Assembly: GCF_006345805.1 (NCBI RefSeq)
Contig: NC_043012.1
Location: 56,172,001 to 56,236,000 of the forward strand
Length of the DNA: 64,000 nucleotides
Origin: Octopus sinensis
Lineage: Eukaryota
Direction of reading: 5' to 3'
Part shown: positions 38,137 through 51,818 of the stretch, piece after piece
Position numbering within the stretch: position 1 is the stretch's first letter
How the letters are laid out: every line of letters begins with the position of its first letter
Translations under genes and position numbers: made by a program
The notes under the pieces: model-generated
Told to the model about the DNA's origin: nothing
The model's database searches: none
Seen by the model: only the letters and a program-made list of their open reading frames with translations

Positions 38137-38982
38137 TAGAGGATGCTTGGACTAGGAATTAAGGTGCTGCATTCACAAGATTGCAAGACCTTAACTAGAT
38201 TGTAGTTTCAATTCCTACAACAGTTGGTGTGTTGTGTTCTTGAGGATAAAACTTCATTTCATATTGCTCTGCGGTCACTTCAAAATCTGACGTGTGCCAC
38301 ACCATACACTTATACAGACAATATTGATTTTGTGGAGGAAGTGAGCTTATGTACAGCACAAGCTTTGATCACTATAAACAAATCATCTGCACAGGTTGTT
38401 CAGCAAGAAATTTAGGAATCCTCACTTGTCATTTACAACAGGAGAGTCCACCAAATATATTTATCTCCACTTAAATATGGATGTTCATTTTGAACAACCT
38501 ATACTGTAGTAAATATGAATTCTGCTAAAGGCAGCAGACCAAGTGATACATTTAACTGGGTTAAGTAGCACCCTATGGTGATATCATTATTATCATAGTT
38601 TTGCTAATGATGGTGATGATGATGATAAACTTGCACTAAGAATAAGACCATGGTAACATTACTACCTGCTTTTATAGCAAGTTCATGCTGGTAGTTTATC
38701 CTACCCCACTCTGACTTTTAGTTCATGCAATTGAAAATACTGCATTATTCATGGGATGACTCAATATAAATGTAGGCTGCAAATTTTGGCTGTTTTGGGG
38801 GAGGGGCTAAGCCGGTTAAATTAACCCCAGTGCTCAACTGGTACTTATTTTATTGACCTCCGAAAGGATGGAAGGCAAAGTCAACCCCAGCAGAATTTGA
38901 ACCCAGAACATAGATGAAATACCACTAAGCATTTTGTCAAGTGTGCAAACAATTCTGCCAGCTTACCTTTTATGTATCATCG

Positions 38983-38984
<2 letters not shown>

Positions 38985-39017
<33 letters not shown>

Positions 39018-39478
39018 GTTTAACGTCCGCTTTCCATGCTAGCATGGGTTGGACAATTTGACTGAGGACTGGCAAACCAGATGGCTGCACCAGGCTCCGA
39101 TCTGATCTGGCAGAGTTTCTACAGCTGGATGTCCTTCCTAATGCCAACCACTCCAAGAGTGTAGTGGGTGCTTTTATGTGCCACCAGCACGAGGACCGGT
39201 CTGGCAGTACTGGCAACAGCCACACTCAAAAGGTGTTTTTTACATACCACCTGCACGGGAGTCAGTCCAGCGGCACTGGCAACGACCTCACTCAAATGTT
39301 TTGTTCACGTGCCACTGGCACAAGTACCAGCGAGGCAACGCTGGTAACGATCATGCTCAAATGGTACTTTTTACGTGCCACCAGCACGGAAGCCAGACAG
39401 CTGCTCTGGCAGGGGTGCCAGTCATCGAATTTGGTTCAATTTCGATTTCACTTGCCCCAACAGGTCTTCACAAGCATA
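38985..39478 (-). mobile_element. Dispersed RTE 3'-tail fragment extending to the GAAGACCTGTTG motif
   Basis: Minus strand reads CTTGTGAAGACCTGTTGGGGCAAGTGAAATC, internal repeats, then the standard tail. Confidence 0.8.
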
Positions 39479-42169
39479 CACACACATACATACACACACA
39501 CACACATGCATACATACATACACACACACAAAAGAATTTGCACCCATGCCAGCATGGAAAGTGGACATTAAATGATGATGATGATGAATCTCCTCCTCTA
39601 TGCTTGTCCCTCTATCATACTTTAACTTTTCAACAGCTGGCCTTTTGCCAGCTGATATTGATGCTCTTCACAGTCCTGCAGCTCGTTGAATCCCGTCAAA
39701 CCGTCCAACCCATGCCAGCATGGGAAGTGGACATTAAATGATGACGATGCTGATGATGATACATATGCACATGTATGGCTTATCACACTGAACGTGTCAA
39801 GTATCTTTAAAAGACATCAGTAACAAATGTAAAACTTTGAAGGAATACAATGATTCCCCTTCTCTTTTTTCTTTCTTTTCATACCTTGGTTATTTATTAT
39901 TATTCTTAGATTTTATCAGCTTTAAAAAAACAAAAAGCTGAAACAGTTGTGTTTTTACTGGGGTTTTTTTTTTTGGTTTTGGTTTTTTTAATAGATGTTG
40001 GGAACTGTTTGACCTTCATTCAAATCAGATATGAACATCTGATAAACTACAAATATTAATATTACATGAGAGGAAGTTGTTATATTGATAAAGAGTGTGT
40101 GTGTGTGTGTGTAAATTGTTTTGTGACTATTTGGCATGTTGTATTAATTTTACTATGCAGTATAATGTTTAATTTATTGGTGTGTGTATGTGTGTGTGTG
40201 TTATTTCTAGCTGAAATAAAGAGATGAGTTTTGAAAGCTTGACAGAGAAAAACCAACAACAAAACAAAACCATTGATATTTGAATACTTCAATAACATTT
40301 CAATTAACCATCTTGCTAATGTTATTGTCTACTGGCGTTTACCACACAAAAGCGAGCGCTGGCAAATGTTTCAGCTCCTTCACCATCATGGTCAGAGATG
40401 TTTCTCCCAACTCTTGTTGTTGGTATTTTTGTGGTTTGGACCCAAGTGAGCCCTAATCACAGAGACCTATGGTCCAAGACATTCTTGTCACAGCCATCTC
40501 TGATTTTTTTTCCCACCTCTTTTTATCAGATCCACCCTTCTAGGTTGTGATATGAGTGTGATTTAGCTACTATTTTTGACAGGCTTCTTTGTTATCTTGT
40601 CTCTAGCTGTTGTTTGGATTGATTATGTCAACTATACTCTCCACTCCACCCCAGAGAAATATGTGTGATCATGTACATACCTAAGTGGAGGCACATGGCT
40701 TTGTGATTAGGACATTGGGCTAATGATTGTAAGACTTCAATTCATGGTTTCAATTCCTGGGCTTCATTCAAATTGCTCCAGTCCACTCAGCTGGTAAAGA
40801 TGAGTTATCCTGTAACAGACTGGCCTCCCATCCACAGCGGAATATATATGCCAGAGAAACCAAGAAACCAGCCCTATCATCCTTACAGAGTAATTTGGAC
40901 TAACCATGTACATACTTGGACGATCAGTGAAATTCCAACCATGACCATCATGTCTTATTTTCAGACAATGGATTTTATTATGTGTACATGTTGGTGATAA
41001 AACTCATTGATGTTATTTTATATATAATATTCCATGTTAAAATTTACAATAATATTCTCTTTCTAATCAATTAGTATCACATAACTATTTCATCAAAGAA
41101 TATTTAAAATAATGGAATGTTAGAAATGCCTATTATTATTATTATTATTATGATTATTATGATTATTATTATTAATTATTATTATTATTATTTCTGCCTT
41201 TATTTTCTTTCTTCCCAAGCCATATTGATTTTTCTGTAAGTTTTCCACTTGGGGAATTTCAAAAGATTTCCTTATTTCAATAACTGTAACCAATTGTTGA
41301 GTCACAAGCTTCATCATCGTTCACACATTTTTTCCCTCCCCTCCTTACTTTCATGTTAAAAATATTCTTCTTTTATTTGGGTTTTTTTTTGTCTGGGAGG
41401 AGAAATTGTTGCCTTTTGCTTTTGTATGTGCAGTTTGTTTTTTGGGGGATTTTATTTTCCTTTTTTTTTTCCACATCATTTTCATTGAAAATTTCAAGTT
41501 TTCATAAAAATGTTGATTTTTTTTTTTATAAATTTAAAAGTATCAGAACAAAACAAAGAGAGAAGAAAATAAGAAAAACATTTAAGTAGGTTAACCTTTC
41601 TGACTTTTCCTTATTAATCTCTTTATATGGAAATGAAAAGATGATGGCTACATTGTCTGCTATTTTAAAGATGTGAAATGATTACTCATTATCATGCTTG
41701 TTAATGAAAGCAGTGTCATCATCTGCTAATTACATTTTTACTCATCTAATTTTGATACTGTTCATCCTAACAGCTGAAACCCTGTACCCCTTCGTTAGAG
41801 GTTGACTTTTCCAGGTATCTACCACCACCTTCTCCACACACTAATCAGCATTTTGACAGACAAGTTTCTCATTCCTCTATTACTGTTTCTGAAACAAACC
41901 AGTGAAAGAATCTCTATGTGGTTTCTAACAGCTAGAAATAATAGCTAAATTATCTCAAATTACACATTGTCATCTTTAAAAAAAATGGATAGCTTAGAGA
42001 TCAAAATTCTAGATATACTATGCTTTGAGTAAAGATGGGATAGTCATAACTGGAATGCTTTTAGTCTCTGCTGGATCAGAGCTGACACATAGCTAAAAAC
42101 AACAGCTGCTGCTTCTAAAATAGATGTCTGAGTTGTCTGTAAGTAAGGGAAGATAAGCTGAGCTGTGAC

Positions 42170-42530
42170 TAAGCAATGAATGGCTGGCAAGGTGTGATCT
42201 CAACACAGTGGGACTCAGAGAATTTGCAGTTCAGTCCTTCTGCGGAACTTATAACATGCTTGGCATTTACAGGGGCCAGAAGGTGGAAGGCCATCAGGGT
42301 GGCTGTGAAAGGCAATGGAGGCTGTTTCAGTGTGGCCGTAGATCAGGAAGTGCAAACCCTGGAAGGAGCAGTACTTATAAGAGGTAGTGCTAACTGGACA
42401 CAAGCTGGAGTTTGATTGACCCTGGTTAGGTCATCTGGATGAGGATGTCTGATGTTGAAAGACTTGAAACACCTAATGACCCCAGGAAACATCATCGATG
42501 ATACGTGCAAGTGCATCACAGACTGAAGAA
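42170..42530 (+). mobile_element. HERO-like (RLE) non-LTR retrotransposon 3' end
   Basis: Frameshifted WLARC..VGLREFAVQSFCGTYNMLGITGARRWKAIR..SVW..KPW, then GATGTTGAAAGACTTGAAACACCTAATGACCCCAGG, both resembling recalled HERO 3' ends. Confidence 0.65.
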
Positions 42531-42700
42531 GATAAAAACTTTAGCGGATAAGTTTTTCCTTACCTCATAGTGCTAAGTTCAACTCCTACTAATTTGTGAT
42601 TTGGAGGAGTGGCTCTGCTGAAGCTGTTGTTTTGATAGACTTTCAAGATGTAGTTAACGATCCAATGTTATAGAACTCATTTTCATGCTGCCACTACCAT

Positions 42701-42736
<36 letters not shown>

Positions 42737-42847
42737 TATATACATATATATATATATACACACACACAGAAACTTGTAGATAAACTTGAAGCAACAATGT
42801 GAGATTGCTCATCAACCTACTAGAAATAGTAGCCAAATCACCCTCTG

Positions 42848-45800
42848 TTGTGGAAGGATTCCGACCACCCCTCAAGTGGCTAAAAGTTGGACTGACTCAT
42901 TATTATAATGTAAAGAACTGAGCGATTGGCAGTTCAGGTTGGTAAGCAGCTCACTGAGCTATGATTGAGTGTTGAGTCTCATGTAGTATTAATAGGAGTA
43001 CGCTGTGTAAATACTTTCTCTCCCCCCCCCCTACTTCGATATATTATATATCCAATACAAGGATATAAAAGTGTTGCAAGTTGTTCGAAGCTTGTGTTGG
43101 ATGTTTTAAATATTTTTGTTTGGTATGAAACGAAAGAAAAAATCGTTTTAACATGGAAAACTTATTGGCCTTCATGGTGCAGTTGCAACTACAACAGCAG
43201 CAACAACAAAACCAACAGTTGTTGGAATTAATGTTGAAGAAGTCTGAAAATACTTTGTTCATACTCATCAGAACATGAACATAGCAAACTCGACTGAAGA
43301 ATTCAGCTATAATCAGGAAGGGATTACCTTCTTTGTATATTTTTATAGATGCAAAGAAATCTTCAAAGACGAGTGTAAAAGTTGGTCCAACAAGAAAATA
43401 GTACGACTACTTCTAAGAAAGCTATCCTCTACTGAACACGAAAAATATAGTAATTATGTTCTGCCAATGAAATTAGGTGAGTTTTTTTTTTGATGAAATT
43501 GAAAATTTTCAGTGAAAGAAGTTCCCTGTTCATTACTTGGTAGCAGTGTTTAAATTTGGTCAAAAATTTGCCGGAATGGTTAACAGAGTGTGAGAAATTC
43601 AAATTGCATGCGTTAACCCTAGACATGTTCAAGTGTTTTGTTTTTGTTCAAGGGCTTACTGCAAACAAAGATGCAGATATACAATCCCGGACATTAACAA
43701 AATTAGAACAGGACCAAAATATAACTTTACAGGTAGAAGCGGAAGAATTATAAATCTATGACATGATGCAAATAAAATTGAAGAGAAAGATTGCTTTCAT
43801 GTTCAGGTGTATCTACTGGTATCGTATAAGAAAAAATGTCAAGACTGAATCCATGTTATGGGTACAGTGGTCTACATTTTGAAAATGATTGTCCATTTAA
43901 AAATATAAAAAGCTACAAGTGTGGTAAAATAGGGCATAAAATGTCACACTGTAAGACAAAACCTAAAAAGTGGCTCAACAGAAAAAATTGGATAAACAGA
44001 TTATTGGTGATAAAAAAATACGAAAGAGCCTCAAAGGAAATTTGCATATGTAAAAATTAATAACACAGACATAAAGTTACAATTGGATACAGGCAACGAT
44101 GTCTCAATAATTAACACAGATGCATGGGAAATAAGTCAAGAGACTTAAATTAAATGAAACTTCGAAAATTGCCCATGGTGTTTCAGGGGAAAAAATTATA
44201 TTTTAAGCGTGAATTGATAAGTAACATAACATTTCATGAAAAAACCATAAAGGCTAAAGTTTTTGTGTTAAATAATACCTCCAACTTATTTGGAACTGAC
44301 TGGATGGAATTATTTAACTTACGGGACCTCCCCATAAATCTTTTCTGTAAAAATGTGAGTAGGATAAATTAGGTCTATGTACCAAAATGAAGGCACAGTT
44401 TCTAATGAAAGAAAATGCCATACTGACATTTAAACAAAAATGAACTTTACCAGTCACAGCATTAGAACAGATAAACTTGGTGAGACTAGAAAAATTTAGA
44501 GTCATCCAAAAAGTGGAATATAGTCAATGGGCATAACCAACTGTGTATGTTAAGAAAAAGAATGATAAAATCAGTGTGTGTGCTGATTTTTCTACTGATT
44601 TAAACAAATGTCTTGAAACGTGCCACTATTCATTACCCACGCTGGAGGATATTTTTGCAAAATTAAACAGTGTGAAGATATTTTCTAAAGTGGATCTCTC
44701 TGACATGCGTACCTACAAAAAATCTCTCATGGAAGCGTCATCCAACCAAAATGCAAATATATGGGAAACTACCACCTGTGTCATCTCTTGAAAGGTAGGA
44801 GAGTCCAGTTTGCTGGACATTGTTGTAGAGCTGAAAACGAGGCAATTTCTACTCTTCTCCTCTGGAAGCCATCTACTCGCGATACCAGAGGGTGCACACT
44901 CTCCTACCCTGATGTAATCTCCAAAGATACAGGCATCCAGCAACAGGACCTCCGTAATGCTATGATGGACCGTGAAGTCTGGCGTAGCATGGTAAATTCC
45001 ATTGTCTCGACCATGGTCGAACAATGATGATGATGACAAAACAGTAGATGAGGAATGCTCTAAATACCTTACAATTAACATACTCAAAAGACTGTTTAAA
45101 TACAAGTTATCATTTGGCTTAAAAGTTGCACTAGTGATTTTTCAACAGATTATTGATACGATGTTAGCAGACTGTGAATTTATAATTCTATATCTGGATG
45201 GTATACTCATTAAAAACGAATCCAGGGATCAACACATAGAGCATGTAAAATATACATTTGAAAAAATTAGGGATTACGGCTTTACTATGAGTGAAGAAAA
45301 GTGAATTTTTCTTACTGAAAATAAGATATTTAGAACAAATCATTGACAGAAATGGACATCAACCAGACCTGGCAGAGGCAATAAAAAATATGCCCCCTCT
45401 GACAAATATAGCGACTTTACAAATATGGATATGGTGAAACTATATTACAAATATTATATTACAAATGTGCATAAGGTGAAAAAAGATATGAAGTGGGAAA
45501 ATTGTCAAAAGACATTTGACGAAATAAAAAAAATATTAATATCTGATTTGCTGTTAGCATACTTTCATCATGCAGCAGAGATTGTTGTAACTCCAGACAC
45601 TTCTGAGTACAGTATACGAGCAGTAATGCTACATGAATATAAAGATGGTAACATGAAGGTGGTGGTTCATGCCTCGCGTTCTCTGATATTAGCAGAGAAA
45701 AATTATAGTCAAATCAAGAAAGAAGCTCTAGTGATTATTTTTGCCGTGAAAAAATTTCGCAGATTTTTATGCAGCAAAAGTTTTCGTTTACAGACTGATC

Positions 45801-46400
45801 ATCATCCATTACTAGCAGTATTTGGATCAAAGAAAGGGATCCCTACCCATACTGATAATAGGTTGCAACACTGGGGTACAATATTATTAAACTTGTTTCA
45901 AGATGGAGTATATGCCATCCAAGAAATTAGGTCATGCGGATTGTCTATCAAGACTGATTTCAAAATATGCAGAATCATTTGAAGATACCATGTTTGCCAC
46001 TTTGCAAGTGGAGAAATGAAATTAAAAATGTTTTGTGCAACATTATTCGTGAACTGCCACTTACTTTACAAGACATAAAATTAAAATCAGAATTCATTAT
46101 AAAAATGAAAGAAATACTAAAGACTAAAAGAGATAAAAATCTGCGCAACATAAATGCGAACCATTTCTCACAGTGTGACAAAGTGTTGATGTACGCACTA
46201 AGAGTCGTAGTGCCAATCACACTACAAAAGCAATTATTAAAGGAATTTCACGTTGGTCTCCCAGGGATTTCAAGAATGTAATCATTAATGAGAAGTTATG
46301 TATATTGGCCAACAACGGACCGTGACATTGAAGAAAGCATGCAGAGGATGGGCCTTAGATGCAAAAGAACCTATCACTAAATGGCAACCATGGCCAAAAG
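42848..46400 (+). mobile_element. Decayed Ty3/Gypsy LTR retrotransposon (Mag/K02A2.6-like): probable 5' LTR, gag, protease, RT, RNase H, integrase start; 3'-truncated
   Basis: Two CCHC-like knuckles (CYGYSGLHFENDC, KCGKIGHKMSHC), LQLDTG, VCADFS...FSKVDLSD, YLDG(D)ILI, AEKNYSQIKKEAL...QTDHHPL, LKEFHVGLPGISRM; many stops and frameshifts. Confidence 0.9.
44721..45035 (+). mobile_element. 3' fragment of a second RTE-type LINE family inserted into the Gypsy RT
   Basis: RRVQFAGHCCRAENEAISTLLLWKP...MMDREVWRSMV, then (ATG)n tail; ACAAAA at 44715-44720 and 45036-45041 as candidate TSD. Confidence 0.8.
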
Positions 46401-48324
46401 CATGTTCCAAGGGCCAGGTATCACATTGGTATCACATTGAAAGCTATTAAATTATGACGTTTATAATAAGCTTTATTTTACATTTCCTGCCCACAAGAGA
46501 TTATGTCCGATCTTTAGTATACTTCTCTATGTCTTCTCAAATCACAATCACAGGAAAAGTTGTTGATAATTCTTATCATCAAAAACAACAAAAGCAAAGC
46601 TGATAAATATGCGTAAGTGTTAGAAAGTAAGTTTAATTACCAATAAACATCAGCTTGGATGACACTTTACTCAACCGATAGAGGAAGGTGACCAATCAAA
46701 CTGATTATGTAAACAGAATTCTGATTGGTTGAAAGTGTCTTCTTGTCTCAAGCTCTGATTTTCTGCCTATTCTTGTGTGAACCTTTGATACGGAGTATTG
46801 AAATTTCAATCCCTTTCACACTTATAAAATGTCAAGCAAACTTTAAAATTTGTCTTTACCGTTTTAGCCAGGGGGGACCAAACCGATAGTTTGGTAACCC
46901 GCTAAAATAAACATTAAAAATCGAAAGGAGAAAATAAACAGCTTTGCAAGTTAAACTCAGTGTTTATTGAACAAGTGAGGTGCGAAATTTAAGAAGTGAC
47001 TTGTTAGAATATACACGTCTGTGTGGGGACATGAAAAAGGATAGCAAAAATCTATTATACCAAAAGAACTGGTAATACATACATTACAAGTGTTCTATGA
47101 AGAGAATATGATTGCTGCATAATTCAACATGAATGTGACACAACATTAAACATCGTATAAGGTAAATAAAGGTTTCTGTAAGAACACTGTCGTATTCACT
47201 TAGTGAGTTTATATGTGCAAGGATGGATTATGATGTTGTCGTTGGCGTTTGATGTAATAAGAGCTGGTAGTGCCGATGTTGGCAGTGATGAAGTTCATTG
47301 TTCTAATGTGAAGAAAGCAAGCAATAGCTTCCTGGAGGCAAATGCAAGCAAAACTTCTTAAGCAGTGAAAAACTGATCTATTTAAGGAAATTGCTTGGCT
47401 CCATTGCAATAGGTAGGGACTCCAAGCAATGTAAAATATGGCTCCGACCGTGATTACCAGCATGAACATCAAACTTCGAAAAGTAGTTAACCATCTAATA
47501 GTTTTAGTATATTTATACAGAAAAAGAAAAGTAAGCATTATACCATCCAGCATAAATAAAAGTCAACTTCATTATATTTTCCCTAAAAACCTATTCTGAC
47601 ATTAAATGAGTCAACTTCTGGTACGAATGTTTACATTTGTACATCATTTTTCAACAAAAAAAATTTCTAAAAAAATTCTGGAACGACCTACTCATGTAAT
47701 TTACGCACCCACTAAAGTTTATTTTTGCTTTTGCGAAAAAAGTGCGTAAATTACATGCGTTTTTACAGTATATAAATAATGAAATCTATAAGGATCCATC
47801 ACGATCCATATTCTCCTATTCAGAGATGAAAGTCAGGTAATACTCAGTAAAGATACTCAAGGATTATATAGTAAAACTAATCCACAATATTTTAATATAT
47901 TTTGTTATTGCTGCTGTTTAGCCTCGTCAGTTTCAGCCTAGCAGACTTATAATCAAAGCTGTTTCACCTTTGACCATTATTGGTTTTTACTTAATGCTTT
48001 CTTTCTGTTTGGTGGATAGGTGGTGGGCATGGATGGTATTTATCTTTTTACTTTTTTTAGCCATTAGACTGCGGCTATGCTGGGGCACCGCCTTGAAGAG
48101 TGTTTAGTTGAATGAATCAACCCTAGTATTTTTTTAAAGCCTGGTACTTATTCTGTTGGTCTCTTTTGCTGAACTGCTAAGTTACAGTATATTTAGAACT
48201 CTTTTCTAATGTGTTTTTTTTTTTAAAATCTAAGCCTGTATCCATGGTTTGTGAATGTGCTTGGCTTAGTGGTTAGGGTGTTAGATTCATGATCATAAAA
48301 TCATGGTTTCAATTCCCCAGACTT

Positions 48325-48556
48325 GGTGGTGAGCTGGCAGAAACGTTAGCACGCCGGGCGAAATGCTTAGCAGTATTTCGTCTGCCGCTACGTTCTCAGT
48401 TCAAATTCCGCCGAGGTCAACTTTGCCTTTCATCCTTTCGGGGTCGATTAAATAAGTACCAGTTACGCACTGGGGTCGATATAATCGACTTAATCCGTTT
48501 GTCTGTCCTTGTTTGTACGCTCTGTGTTTAGCCCCTTGTGGATAGTAAAGAAATAG
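48325..48556 (+). mobile_element. SINE family 2 inserted in another tRNA-headed SINE (about 48258-48780)
   Basis: Near-consensus copy; the host head TGGCTTAGTGGTTAGG...TTTCAATTCC resumes as TGTGTTCTTGAGCAACAC. Confidence 0.85.
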
Positions 48557-49448
48557 GTGTGTTGTGTTCTTGAGCAACACACTGAATTTCATGTTGCTCC
48601 AGTCCGTTCAGTTGTAAATGAGTACCAGCAATAGCTGGGAAGTTAACCTTGGGATGGACTGGCATTCCATCCAAGGACCATGTAGGGGAATGCTGTAATC
48701 TTCAGTCATTTATATGACATGCAAACCAGGTTAAACTCCACTTTTATGGGTCCTAGGATTCACAACATACCTAATTCTAAGTAAGTAGATATGGATTGGC
48801 AGGGAGATTTGGCTGCTATTTCTAACTGGGCAAGCAATTAACCACATAATAACTTGCATTTCTTTCTTTTTTTAAATCTTTTTACCATGGATGTGTTTCC
48901 TGTGCAGCATACCAACATGCATCTCATTTACGTGCTAATACAGAACAGGATTAAAATGAAAGCATACTATGTAAACATGGCACTATAAATTGGGTACAGG
49001 ATCACAAAGGAATATTTTCTATATGACTAAAGTACAAACATCTGCTGCTGCCACTGCATTTGTTTTAGTATTTTTTTGGTTTTTCTTTTCCTTTGCCAGG
49101 AACGCTGTCTAACATCATTGATAGGACACCTAAACTGCTCAACGAGTTGTGTTTTCCCTTTGCATATTAATATGCAAGACTGATCACTTTCAACGTGACT
49201 CATAGATTAATCAATTTTTTTAACACCAGTGTCTCCAACAAGTGCTGTTTACCATTGAATAAATAATACAACTCCTTTGCTGTTGTTGTTGTTGTTATTA
49301 TCATCATTATTATCATTATTGATGATAATGTTGATGATGATGATGATGATAATATTTATCCTTATTGTTTTTGACAATATATTTTTATTTCAATGCGTGA
49401 AGTATTTTAATTGGCACATTACTATTTCCTTTTTCTTTTTTTATTCAG

Positions 49449-49558
49449 GTTGTATGGGAGATACACAATTTCACTTCCGCATTCGGCAATGTCCTGGCCG
49501 CAAACTACACATTCCAGCTCATTCTCAGTACAATAGGGACTGCCCTATATCATTACAG
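49449..49558 (+). CDS. DENND6: DENND6 internal coding exon (G-CMGDTQFHFRIRQCPGRKLHIPAHSQYNRDCPISLQ), 110 nt, phase 1-0
   Basis: TTATTCAG acceptor, GTAAGC donor. Matches recalled GCLGDTQFCFRFRQ of DENND6A; phase fits both neighbours. Confidence 0.95.
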
Positions 49559-50869
49559 GTAAGCATATTTATTGTTGTATAACATCTTGTTACCTTTCAC
49601 TGGATTATCTAAAAGGTATCCGTTGCTGTTGTTGTTATATACTAAACCCCCAGTCAATCTTGGTCAAGTAAATACGCCGGTGGTCAACAGCATTAAAAGT
49701 ATGACCGTACCTCCACTCATCTTTTTCTTTTGTCCTCATAAATAGTGTAATCCACATTAGATTATCTAACATATCAATTAAGACAGTAGTAATGGGTGCT
49801 TTTAGAGATATTGCTGCTATTTTTAGCAGCTTGAGCAGCCACATAGAATCTCCATCCATGGCTTGAAAATTATCCATAAAGTGTTTACCTTAAGCTTAGA
49901 TTGACTCCTGGTCTTAACCAACTCCAGTCAAACCATCCAACCTATGCCAGCATGGAAAATGGATATTAAATGATAATGATGATATATATATATATATTAC
50001 TTGTTTTTTAGTCATTAGACAGGCCATGCTGGAGCACTGTCTTGAAAAATTTTTAGTCAAATGAATCGACCCAGTACTTTTTTTTTTTTTAACGTGGTAC
50101 TTATTCTATTGGTATCTGTTGCTGAACCACTAAGCTACAGGGACATAAACACACCAACGCAGGTTGTAAAACAGTAGTGGGGAACAAACACAGACACACA
50201 TATACAGACAAAATGCTTCGTGGTATTTCGTCTTTCTTTACACTCGGAGTTCAAATTCTGCCAAAGTTGACTTTGCCATCCATCCTTTTGGGGTTGATAA
50301 AATACAGTATCAGACATGTACTGGGGTTGATAGACTCAACTTGCCTTGCTTCCCCTAACATTGCTGGCTTTGTGCCAAAATTTGAAACTGTGTTATCATT
50401 GTTGTTGTTTATTATAATTTTATTATTAAGGCAGCATGTTGGCAGAATCTTTCGCATGCCTGGCAAAATTCTTAGTGGCATTTCGTCTATCTTTACGTTC
50501 TCAAGTTCAAATTCCACTGGGATCAACTTTGCCTTCCATCCTTTCGGGGTCAATAAAACAAGTACCAGATGAGTACTTACCCCCTCCCCTGAACTTGCAA
50601 AACTTATGCTAGAATTTTAAATCATTACTATCATTATTATTATTAAAAGGCTGTAAGCTGGCAGAATCGTTAGAACACTAGGCAAAATGCTTAGTAGCAT
50701 TTCATCTATCTTCACGTTCTGAGTTCAAATTCCAACAAGGTCGACTTTGCCTTTTGTCCTTTCTGGGTCGATAAAATAAGAAACATTTGAGTACTGGGGT
50801 CGACGTAATCATCTATCCCCTGCCCTTAAGTTTCAGGCTTTGTGCCTATAGTAGAAAGGATTATTATTA

Positions 50870-51430
50870 TTGAGTGAGAGAGCAGTGCATGCCATCAAAG
50901 CGACACTGAGGTAAAATATACGAAGCCCAGTATACCCATCATGATTACCCATCTGATAAGGGTACACCAGGCACATGTATCACAACCATATGTGTGCAAT
51001 ATAGTGATCTCATATCAAGATAAACAGCGCATGACCTTGCAGGTGGGGCCCAGTTAGAATTTTCTTCAGGTCGAGCAGCTCATCCCACTCAAAAAGTCAC
51101 TGAGTAAGGGTTGTTTAAGAATGATGAACAAAACAACCCATGTTTCCAAAGGTCAATTATCCAAACACCAAAGAATTCCTCCCAACATATGGCTATGATG
51201 TTCCCCCTGTATTTCTGCGAGTGATCAGAGATGCACATATCGCCAGCCACTAAGGGACTTGCTCAACTGGTTATGGTCAAACAACTGACAAACAAATCTG
51301 AGCTATTGAGCAGAATATTTGCTGTAGCTCATCTTTTACATCGAGACAACACATGTATGTGTTAACACTTCTAATCAGTTAAGATCAGAGAAGCCATGAG
51401 AGTCACTGCCTGGTACTGCATTAGGGCATT
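50870..51430 (-). repeat. 560-bp family, copy 3
   Basis: Same two boundaries as copy 1. Confidence 0.85.
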
Positions 51431-51737
51431 GATTATATCATCGTCAACATCTGCGGCGGTGTTTTGATTCTTGCTGTTCTATTTGTGGTTGTTCTTTACT
51501 TGAAAGCAGGCAATTTCAAATCACCAAAGGTTTCAAGTACTGCCTTCTCCTGAGACTCAGAAACAGCACTCTCCTTAGAATAGAGCTGTACCCAACAATG
51601 CTGTCTTCTGGATCACTTTGAGCCTGACAGCAGCTCCAATATTCTTAATGTTTTTCATTATAATTACTACTACTACTACTACTATTGTTGTTGTTGTTGA
51701 GCAAGTGTCTAATGCTGTTATATCTTTCTGGTTTCAG

Positions 51738-51818
51738 TGTGATAATGCCTACTACTATGGTTATGTATATTTCCGACAAACTAAAGACAAATCAGTCCGG
51801 CGTGGCTATTTTCAAAAG
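51738..51818 (+). CDS. DENND6: DENND6 internal coding exon ([27 protein letters not shown]), 81 nt, phase 0-0
   Basis: TTTCAG acceptor, GTAATT donor. Matches recalled [26 protein letters not shown] of DENND6A. Confidence 0.95.

Noticed and set aside
37469-38186. Long ORFs of 145-228 aa on both strands
   Set aside because: Translations of a TG/TA microsatellite ([12 protein letters not shown]); likewise 19897-20148 (poly-L) and 63608-63859.
42215-42403. Minus-strand ORF first read as a CR1-like endonuclease fragment
   Set aside because: The plus strand fits a HERO-like C-terminus and 3' UTR much better.
47209-47553. 114-aa minus-strand ORF as a membrane protein gene
   Set aside because: No recognisable motif, no splice context, non-ATG start; kept only as part of the unclassified block.
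49277-49448. N-terminal extension of the ORF overlapping the 49449 exon
   Set aside because: Upstream part is (TTG)/(ATG)/(ATT) repeat and pyrimidine tract; the acceptor at 49448 defines the exon.
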